A DNA stretch of 64,000 bases from an uncultured Geobacteraceae bacterium (GTDB taxonomy: Bacteria; Desulfobacterota; Desulfuromonadia; Geobacterales; Pseudopelobacteraceae), in contig CAIUSO010000142.1 of assembly GCA_903901875.1 (NCBI GenBank), positions 9,836 through 73,835 on the forward strand, in the 5' to 3' direction. Positions 29,151 through 36,491 of this stretch are shown here, piece after piece. The position numbers and the translations under genes were made by a program. The notes below the pieces were generated by a model. It saw only the letters and a program-made list of their open reading frames with translations, did no database searches and had not been told where the DNA came from. Numbering within the stretch: position 1 is the stretch's first letter; every line of letters begins with the position of its first letter.

Positions 29151-30473
29151 TTAATGGCCAATTGCAAGGCCCAGTAAAAACTTTGCTACCGGGATGCACT
29201 GAACTTTGCCACTGACTGTCTTGATTACATCTTCATAATCATTGGTCACAAGTATTAATTCCGCTGATTCATACTCTTCTGTCAATTTATTGAAGCAGGC
29301 CATTTCGCGTTCTGGAATACTGGTTACTGAAACGTCTTCATACCAGACCTGGATTCGCTTGCTGATCCTCATTCCTTCCTTTACCAGAAAGTCAGTATCA
29401 TTCCCGTTGGTGTGATAATAGACCTCTTCATGGTGTCGTTTCAGGTGGCAAAAGACTACATTCTCTACTAACCAGCCCATATCTTCGGAAAAAGCAAAGG
29501 CAACCCGGTTACGCAGTCCGGTGTCAATGGCGTACGGTTTGAACCCGGCTCGCATGGTATTCTTGAGCGAATAGGAAAACATCTGCAGCTGAAACAGCAG
29601 ATAACTCTCCATGATAGCCGAAACATAATTCTCGGTTTTATCCTGGGAGATGGTGAAATTGTTCTTCAACTTAGTGATACTGGTTAGTTTTGCGACGTTG
29701 GTCAACAGATATACAGCCAGATTACGCAGGTTTGAGACATCTCTGATTTCGTAGCGGGTAACGATGTCACGATAAAGGATATCCTCGAAATAGCTTTTAA
29801 GGAGGAGCTCTTTATCCTCAGCTGCGGTTCTGAGGACAACTTCCGGGAATCCACCGTACATTAAGTATTCGTTAAATGATTTTCTGATGGTCGCTCTCCG
29901 AGTCGTATAGTCAAGCTCGGTATTGATTTCCAGGTTGTTGAAGCGCAGATACTCCTGAAATGAGAGTGGGAATATTTCAAAAGACACATGTCTGCCGGTC
30001 AGTTTAGTGCCAATCTCGCGGGAGAGCATCTGTGATGATGAACCGGTGACGAATATCTTAATCTCCTCTGTTTCACTGCGCCCCCGTACCCAGCTCTCCC
30101 AACCTGGAATATTTTGAACTTCATCAATGAAAAGCCAACATTTGCCTTCTGGTTGAACACGTTCACGATAGGTACGGTATATATGCTCAAGCAGTTCTAC
30201 CGAGTATTCCGACGAAAAGAGCGGCTCCTCCAGGTTGACGCGTAGTAGAGAGGTCGGCTGCACATTGCGGGACAGAAGCTCTCGAATCACTTGTGCCATA
30301 ATGGTTGACTTCCCACATCGGCGGACTCCTTTGAGGACAACCACTTCTTTAGAATCAAGTTGCCTGAGACAGGTAGGGAGAATGTCTCTTTTTATACCGG
30401 CTTCAATGGCTCCCGTAGTCCAGTAGTGATTGTAGGAAGAAATGATTTCGAAAATTTTAGACGATTGCATCAT
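29151..30473 (-). CDS. AAA+ ATPase of the AAA_14/DUF4143 type
   Basis: VVLKGVRRCGKSTIM (Walker A), WLFIDEVQ (Walker B), 440 aa, with architecture typical of this orphan ATPase family. Confidence 0.8.
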   Translation of the reverse strand: MMQSSKIFEIISSYNHYWTTGAIEAGIKRDILPTCLRQLDSKEVVVLKGVRRCGKSTIMAQVIRELLSRNVQPTSLLRVNLEEPLFSSEYSVELLEHIYRTYRERVQPEGKCWLFIDEVQNIPGWESWVRGRSETEEIKIFVTGSSSQMLSREIGTKLTGRHVSFEIFPLSFQEYLRFNNLEINTELDYTTRRATIRKSFNEYLMYGGFPEVVLRTAAEDKELLLKSYFEDILYRDIVTRYEIRDVSNLRNLAVYLLTNVAKLTSITKLKNNFTISQDKTENYVSAIMESYLLFQLQMFSYSLKNTMRAGFKPYAIDTGLRNRVAFAFSEDMGWLVENVVFCHLKRHHEEVYYHTNGNDTDFLVKEGMRISKRIQVWYEDVSVTSIPEREMACFNKLTEEYESAELILVTNDYEDVIKTVSGKVQCIPVAKFLLGLAIGH

Positions 30474-30478
30474 GTTCC

Positions 30479-30524
30479 ACCGATATATAAAAAGTTTAAA
30501 CTAAAATACTACCGATATATCGGT
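30479..30524. promoter_or_regulatory. Candidate operator: a 14-bp perfect palindrome plus a repeated half-site at the ATPase gene start
   Basis: ACCGATATATCGGT lies at 30511-30524. ACCGATATAT recurs at 30479-30488, 32 bp away and 6 nt upstream of the ATPase ATG on the minus strand. Confidence 0.4.
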
Positions 30525-30842
30525 GAGTCAAGCAGTGCGACGGAAAATAAAAGTTCAAAGATACGCGCAGGTGAACGCAGAAAGAATTTCAAGGAGGAAA
30601 ACCAGGTGTCATCTGGGTTGGGCTGTCGATTCGTGTTGAAAGTCCATAGTTGGAAGCAGGGGTAAAGTCTTTCAGCTTTTGACGCTCCCCGTGCCGCCGT
30701 GGCTCCGTGTGAGATACGAAGTTGACACAATACGTAGACCGCATAAAAAGTACGTTGCACAGATTGAACCCGAGGAAGGAGGCGCGGGAAGTATTACTAT
30801 CGCTCTTCATTGCGACTATCGCTTGTTTTTGTAACTACAAAT

Positions 30843-30864
30843 CCCCCCCTTCGAAAAGGGGGGG
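30843..30864 (-). terminator. GC hairpin downstream of glgC
   Basis: CCCCCCC ttcgaaaa GGGGGGG lies 55 nt after the glgC stop. The minus-strand tail is AUUUGUAGUU. Confidence 0.45.
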
Positions 30865-30918
30865 ACGATGCTCACGGGGGGATACCAACAGTTTTTGAAC
30901 GGAGTTTGCGGACAGAAA

Positions 30919-32160
30919 CTACTTGTCCTTTCGGGGTACCACCACGATGCCTGATTCAGTGACCGTATAGCCATTTTTCAGGTCTTCCTCAATGTCATAA
31001 CCGATGGTTGAGTTATCCGCTATGACGACTCCCTTGTCAATAATGGCACGTCTCATCTTGACATGGCGCCCGACGGTGACATTTTCAAAGAGGATGCACT
31101 CTTCCACCAGACTGTAGCTGTTTATCTTGCAGAGCGGTCCGAGGATCGAGCGCCTGACCGTACTGCCGCTGGTGATGCAGCCGGCACAAACGTACGAGTC
31201 GATGTTCACACCCCGGCGGTCACTGTCATCAAAGACGGTTTTTGCGGGGGGCAGATTCCCCTGGTTGGTCAAAATGGGCCATTTGTAGTTATAAAGGTTC
31301 AACTGGGGGGACACATTGATCAGGTCCATGTTGGCTTCATAATAAGACTCGATGGTGCCCACATCCTTCCAGTACCCCCGTTCACCGGCCTTCATGCCGG
31401 GAATCAGGTTGTCATTGAAGTTATAGGCAAACACCCGGTCATTGGCCTGCAGCATCATCGGAATGACATGCTTGCCAAAGTCAAGGTCCTCATGGTGTTT
31501 TTTTCCTTCCAACAACACATCAATCAATTTCTTGGTTGAAAAGATGTAATTTCCCATGGAGGCCAAGCAGGTTTCACGCCCCGGAATGGTCTCCGGATTG
31601 TCCGGCTTTTCCGTAAAAGCGATAACCCGGGCATCGTCATCGACCGAAAATACCCCGAAACGGCTTGCTTCATCCTTGGGAACCTCAAGGGCGGCGATGG
31701 TAATGTCGGCCCGGTTCATGCGGTGGGCGTTGATCATCTGGGTGATATCCATCTTGTAAATATGATCTCCCCCGAAGATGGCCACGTAGTCGGCATCGGA
31801 TGATTCAACGAAACGGAGGTACTGGAGAATGGCGTCGGCGGTTCCTTTGAACCATTCTTCACTTTCACTGCTCGTTTCGGGGGAAATAGCCACATAGAAC
31901 TCCCCCAGGCCGGTCCATTTTCCCCATGATTCACGAATGTGCTTGTTCAGCGAGTAGGCACGGTACTGGGTCAGGATATAGACCTTTTTGATGCCGGAGT
32001 TGAAAAGATTACTCAGAACGAAGTCAATGATCTTGTACTTGCCGCCAAAGGCGACGCTCGGTTTGGCGCGACGCAGGGTCAAAGGACTGAGACGCTCCCC
32101 TTTTCCCCCTGCCAGAACCATGGCGATGGTATTTCTGCCCACATTGTCCAAGGAATACAT
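30919..32160 (-). CDS. glgC: Glucose-1-phosphate adenylyltransferase
   Basis: IAMVLAGGKGERLSPLTLRRAKPSVAFGGKYKIIDFVLSN and the left-handed beta-helix C-terminus. ATG at 32160 with GGGAGG 6 nt upstream. The track start at 32187 is TTG. Confidence 0.9.
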   Translation of the reverse strand: MYSLDNVGRNTIAMVLAGGKGERLSPLTLRRAKPSVAFGGKYKIIDFVLSNLFNSGIKKVYILTQYRAYSLNKHIRESWGKWTGLGEFYVAISPETSSESEEWFKGTADAILQYLRFVESSDADYVAIFGGDHIYKMDITQMINAHRMNRADITIAALEVPKDEASRFGVFSVDDDARVIAFTEKPDNPETIPGRETCLASMGNYIFSTKKLIDVLLEGKKHHEDLDFGKHVIPMMLQANDRVFAYNFNDNLIPGMKAGERGYWKDVGTIESYYEANMDLINVSPQLNLYNYKWPILTNQGNLPPAKTVFDDSDRRGVNIDSYVCAGCITSGSTVRRSILGPLCKINSYSLVEECILFENVTVGRHVKMRRAIIDKGVVIADNSTIGYDIEEDLKNGYTVTESGIVVVPRKDK

Positions 32161-32321
32161 GGCACACCTCCCAAATAGGTAACTCAAAACATATGGGTGA
32201 ACTTTACCGTATTACGCCGCGCTTGAACATATAAAAGTTACGATTATGATAAAAATTTACCCCATGGGACGCTATTAAACGTTATTGTTGCTATCAAGCG
32301 GTGCGACCGTTATTCTAGCCC

Positions 32322-32351
32322 TTGACATTTATTGCCGATCACAGCTAATGT
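32322..32351 (+). promoter_or_regulatory. Candidate sigma-70 promoter for the riboswitch leader
   Basis: TTGACA at 32322-32327, then 17-18 nt, then CTAATG/TAATGT. Confidence 0.4.
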
Positions 32352-32370
32352 GAAAATAATAAAACATTGT

Positions 32371-32506
32371 CTCTCTTTGTAAATGGCAAACTCAGGGTAA
32401 CCTGGGGACGCAAAGCCACGAGTCCGGTAAACGGATAGTCGGGCTGTCTGGAAAGAGGGTTATCTCTGACCCTTCTTAAGATGTATTTAGAAGGGTTTTT
32501 TATTTT
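32371..32506 (+). ncRNA. GEMM-I (c-di-GMP-I class) riboswitch: aptamer plus terminator expression platform
   Basis: 32385-32417 reads GGC AAAC TCAGG GTAA CCTGG GGACGCAAA GCC. This has the same layout as the Vc2 core GGCAAACCAUUCGAAAGAGUGGGACGCAAAGCC (5-bp helix, GNRA loop). A second hairpin lies at 32418-32446. Candidate P1 is CTCTCTTT (32371-78) pairing with AAAGAGGG (32452-59). The terminator follows. Confidence 0.8.
32469..32506 (+). terminator. Intrinsic terminator of the riboswitch expression platform
   Basis: ACCCTTCT ... AGAAGGGT has an 8-bp stem and is followed by TTTTTTATTTT. It ends 20 nt before the ATG at 32527. Confidence 0.7.
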
Positions 32507-32526
32507 ACTGAGCGGAGCAGCCAAAC

Positions 32527-35500
32527 ATGAAAACCATTGCACGCCCGCACCGGGTGGCGTTATTCAGTAACGTCGTGTTCCTGTTCTGCCTGTTTTTTAT
32601 TATCGCAGTAGCGGATTCCCGCGCCACAGAGACCGTGACGGAGGGCATTGCGCGTAAAGTTGTGGCAGTAATCCCCGCAGATTTGCCTCCAACCTATTTT
32701 CTGGATAAAAGTGGCAGACCGGCAGGTTTTGCCATCGATGTTATGAACGAACTGGGGCAGAGAAGCGGCCTGACCATTGAATATATAGTTACCAAGGGGT
32801 GGGATGAAGCTATTCAGCTCGTGCTGGATGGGAAGGCGGATATTATTCCGAGTCTGACCATCAATGAACAACGCACGAAGATCCTTGCTTTTACCAAAAC
32901 GATTGATTCACTGGTAATCAGTCTGGTTGTGACCAGTGGAAACACCGGGGTGCAGGGGATCACCCCGGGGCTTACCATCGGGGTGCTCAACGGGAGTACT
33001 CCCCATAATTTTCTTAAGAAAAACAGTTCTATTACTCTTGAAACCTATAATGATCTCAATTCCATGATCTTTGGTCTCCTCGCCGGCCATGTGGACGGTA
33101 TCGTTTCACTGACAAACTCTATCATGAAACTGGCAATGGATGCAGGCATTGACGAAAAGCTCAAGATTGTCGGCGAACCGGTCATAGAGGCAAAGCGTGC
33201 CGTTGCAACCAGAAAAGAAGAGACCGAGCTGCTTAACCGGTTAAACAGTGAAATCGATGTATTTGTTGATTCGCCTGAATATCAAAAACTCTATGTTAAA
33301 TGGTATGGTAAGCCGTCCCAGTATTGGAACGGCACGCGCATGGCCGTGTTGATTGTCGGGCTGTTGGTTGTTCTGACAACCGCCTTTTTGATCTGGCGCA
33401 AACGGTCTGTACAACTACTCTTGAACACCCGCACATACACAAGCAAACTGGAGCAACGTCTCTCTCTTGCCACATCTGCTGCCGAAATTGGTGTCTGGGA
33501 CTGGCTTGTCCCGGAAAATGTGCTGATCTGGGATGAGTGGATGTACCGTCTTTATGGTGTGAAGGAGGAGGATTTTTCCGGGGCCTATGAGGCCTGGGTG
33601 AAGGGACTTCATCCCGATGATGTTGAGCGGTGTGAGGCGGGAATCAGAGAGGCCCTGGTCGGGGAAAATGAATACCATATTGAATTTCGCGTCGTGTGGC
33701 CCAATGGTACCGTGCGGCATATAAAGGCGTTTGGTCTTGTTGAGAGGGATGTACAGGGAGCACCCCTGCGCATGATCGGCGTCAACTACGATATTACTAA
33801 TCTCAAACAGGCAGAATCGGCCCTTTTGCAGGCAAACGCCAAGACCACTGCCATCAATGAAACGCTGAACGCCATTATATTCACCATGTCAGACTGGGTC
33901 TGGGAATTGAACAGTGAAGGTGTTTATACCTATTCGTCTCCCCATGTTGAAGCGGTTTTGGGGTATAAACCTGAGGAGCTTATCGGTAAAAAATATCATG
34001 ATTTCATGGTGCCGGAGGAGGCTGAACGGCTTGGCTGGATCATAGACCGGGTGGTTCAGGGGAAAGAGAATGTCCGTAATCTGGAAAAGTGGAGTACCCA
34101 TAAGGATGGGCACCAGGTATTGCTGAATACCAATGCCGTTCCCGTATGTGACGAGTCGGGAAATTTGTGCGGTTATCGGGGTGTGGGGCAGGATATTACC
34201 GAGAACAGACGGATGGCCAGGGAGCTGCAGCGCAGCCACAATGAACTTGCTGCCACACTTGATACTATTCCTGATTTGCTGTTTAAGGTAGACAGGGAGG
34301 GTACTTTTTTACAAGTACATGCAGCCAATGAGAGTATGCTACTGATCCCCAAAACAGAACTGCTGGGTAAAAAACTTAAAAATCTGTTACCTCCCGAGGC
34401 GGTGGCAACAATATCTGCCGCCCTGAAGCAGGCCGAGGAAAGGGGCACGGACTACGGTCGTATCATGATGCTTCCTTTGGAGCAGGGGGAATACTGGTTC
34501 GAACTATCGGTGGCGTTTAACAATAAAATAGCCAATGAAGCCCCCTATTTCATCGTACTCTCCCGGGATGTCAGCGAGCGGAAACGCAATGAGCTGGAGC
34601 TCGAACGGGCTCGTTCGACCGCCGATATTGCCAATCAGGCCAAAAGCCGCTTTCTTGCCAATATGAGCCATGAAATCCGTACTCCCATGAATGGCATTAT
34701 CGGCATGGGATATCTGGCACTGGAAGAGGATTTATCCGATAAGGCATATGACTACTTGAACAAAATAACCTACTCCGCCGTGTCACTCATGGGCATTTTG
34801 AATGATATACTCGATTTTTCTAAAATCGAGGCCAATATGCTTGCCATTGAAGAAGTAGAATTCTCCACAGTCAAATTGCTCGAAAATATAAGCACGTTGC
34901 ACAGAATTGCTGCCGAGAACAAGGGGCTTGAGTTGATTCTTCCACACCCGGAATCTCTCCCCGCTCTTCTGATTGGTGATCCCTTACGCGTGCAGCAGAT
35001 CATCAACAATCTGATCAATAACGCAATCAAGTTCACTTCTGCAGGGTCGGTAACCTTGACAGCAGCGGTTAACGAGGAGAATGGCGGTGCTGATCGTCTG
35101 AAAATTGCGTTTACCGTACGGGACACCGGTATGGGCATTTCCCCTGAACAGCAGGAGTTACTATTTCTCCCCTTTACTCAGTCTGATACGTCTACTACCC
35201 GCGAGTTTGGCGGTACGGGCCTCGGACTCTCCATTTGCCAAAGTCTGGTTCATCTGATGGGGGGTGAGCTCACCGTATCAAGTGTTCCCGGAGCAGGAAG
35301 CAGCTTCAGTTTTTCGGTCTGGTGTGGTCGTCGTTCCGGTCAGGTTACCATTGAGGGTGACACTCTGTCAGAAAAAAAATGTACCGCCATACAGAATAGC
35401 AGTGTGCTCCCCGTTGGTGATGTCGCACCCACACATTCCCCCCATCGGATGAAACAGGCCTATCCCCAACGGGATAAATTTGCCGGTGTGCGTGTGCTGC

Positions 35501-36483
35501 TGGTTGATGACAATGCCATCAATACCCAGTTGGCATCGGAACTGCTTGAGCGGGTCGGTGTTACCGTTACCACGGCTGCCAACGGACGTGAAGCTGTGGC
35601 AAAAGTAACCGAAGGGGAGGGGGCATTTGATCTGGTACTGATGGACGTGCAAATGCCGGTGATGGATGGCTATACGGCCGCACGACAGATCAGGGAACGA
35701 TGGAGTGCTTCCCGGTTGCCCATAGTTGCCATGACAGCACATGCCATGTCGGAAGAACGTGAACGGTGTCTTGACTCCGGCATGAATGATCTGCTTACGA
35801 AACCGGTCAACCCGGATAGTCTGTTCAAAATGGTTGCCCTGATGACGGAACGTCACCCTCTGCCAGAATCGGTGTGCCGCTCTTCAGTGCCACCATCTTC
35901 ACTAACCACACTGCCGGTGGTTGATTTTGACGATGTGCTGAAACGGTGTATGGGGGAAACATATCTCATGATGAGAACGCTGACCAGCTTTTCAGAGGGG
36001 GGGCAGAAAACTGTCGATGATTTGCTTGTCGCACTGGAACGGGAGAAGCGGGATGAGATCAAAATACATGGCCACACATTAAAGGGGCTTTCCGGGAATA
36101 TCGGGGCTTTCCCGCTGAATTCGTTGTGTAAAGAGCTGGAGGCCCGGCTTCAGAGTGGGGGGACTTGCGAAGAACTCCATGATTTTGAAGGAACGATACG
36201 GGAGGAGATGGCGCGGATAATGGACGTAATTAAAGCTGCTTCCACCATGAATGGGGGGACAGCAGTGGAGCACGGTGCTGATGGTACAGTGACGGAAACG
36301 GTTGCAGCACTTCGTACTGCGCTGGAGGATATGGATTCAAAAGCCTTGCAATTGGCCCAATCCCTTGCTGGTCAGTTATCTGCTTCCACCGAGCTTGCCA
36401 GGCTCCTCCGTCAGGTTAATGCCATTGATTTTGACGGTGCGTTAGTGACACTTGATTCGATATCTCTTGAAAATGCGGGGTAA
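32527..36483 (+). CDS. Hybrid sensor histidine kinase: periplasmic solute-binding (SBP_bac_3-like) domain, PAS domains, HisKA/HATPase, receiver and Hpt
   Basis: Signal/TM segment, then an amino-acid-binding-like domain (IPSLTINEQRTKILAFT) and PAS repeats. Then [25 protein letters not shown], the receiver LLVDDNAINTQL...DLVLMDVQMPVMDG and the Hpt motif HGHTLKGLSGNIGA. Confidence 0.9.
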   Translation: MKTIARPHRVALFSNVVFLFCLFFIIAVADSRATETVTEGIARKVVAVIPADLPPTYFLDKSGRPAGFAIDVMNELGQRSGLTIEYIVTKGWDEAIQLVLDGKADIIPSLTINEQRTKILAFTKTIDSLVISLVVTSGNTGVQGITPGLTIGVLNGSTPHNFLKKNSSITLETYNDLNSMIFGLLAGHVDGIVSLTNSIMKLAMDAGIDEKLKIVGEPVIEAKRAVATRKEETELLNRLNSEIDVFVDSPEYQKLYVKWYGKPSQYWNGTRMAVLIVGLLVVLTTAFLIWRKRSVQLLLNTRTYTSKLEQRLSLATSAAEIGVWDWLVPENVLIWDEWMYRLYGVKEEDFSGAYEAWVKGLHPDDVERCEAGIREALVGENEYHIEFRVVWPNGTVRHIKAFGLVERDVQGAPLRMIGVNYDITNLKQAESALLQANAKTTAINETLNAIIFTMSDWVWELNSEGVYTYSSPHVEAVLGYKPEELIGKKYHDFMVPEEAERLGWIIDRVVQGKENVRNLEKWSTHKDGHQVLLNTNAVPVCDESGNLCGYRGVGQDITENRRMARELQRSHNELAATLDTIPDLLFKVDREGTFLQVHAANESMLLIPKTELLGKKLKNLLPPEAVATISAALKQAEERGTDYGRIMMLPLEQGEYWFELSVAFNNKIANEAPYFIVLSRDVSERKRNELELERARSTADIANQAKSRFLANMSHEIRTPMNGIIGMGYLALEEDLSDKAYDYLNKITYSAVSLMGILNDILDFSKIEANMLAIEEVEFSTVKLLENISTLHRIAAENKGLELILPHPESLPALLIGDPLRVQQIINNLINNAIKFTSAGSVTLTAAVNEENGGADRLKIAFTVRDTGMGISPEQQELLFLPFTQSDTSTTREFGGTGLGLSICQSLVHLMGGELTVSSVPGAGSSFSFSVWCGRRSGQVTIEGDTLSEKKCTAIQNSSVLPVGDVAPTHSPHRMKQAYPQRDKFAGVRVLLVDDNAINTQLASELLERVGVTVTTAANGREAVAKVTEGEGAFDLVLMDVQMPVMDGYTAARQIRERWSASRLPIVAMTAHAMSEERERCLDSGMNDLLTKPVNPDSLFKMVALMTERHPLPESVCRSSVPPSSLTTLPVVDFDDVLKRCMGETYLMMRTLTSFSEGGQKTVDDLLVALEREKRDEIKIHGHTLKGLSGNIGAFPLNSLCKELEARLQSGGTCEELHDFEGTIREEMARIMDVIKAASTMNGGTAVEHGADGTVTETVAALRTALEDMDSKALQLAQSLAGQLSASTELARLLRQVNAIDFDGALVTLDSISLENAG

Positions 36484-36491
36484 GGCTACCA

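Noticed and set aside
30535-30541. GTGCGAC resembling a group II intron 5' end
   Set aside because: There is no domain V-like hairpin on either strand, no reverse transcriptase or maturase ORF and no intron-sized insert. It is a chance heptamer.
30638-30645. A GAAAGTCC word followed by ATAG, reminiscent of RNase P RNA CR-I. A CCAGG...GGAAGCAGG stretch is also reminiscent of SRP RNA.
   Set aside because: None of the other universally conserved RNase P elements (for example the ACAGAAxCCGGCUUA-type CR-V) or SRP domain IV features are present. The available length and helices do not fit.
32345-32542. A 65-aa minus-strand ORF across the riboswitch leader
   Set aside because: It coincides with the GEMM-I aptamer and terminator and has no RBS. 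The RNA explanation accounts for the sequence conservation pattern better.
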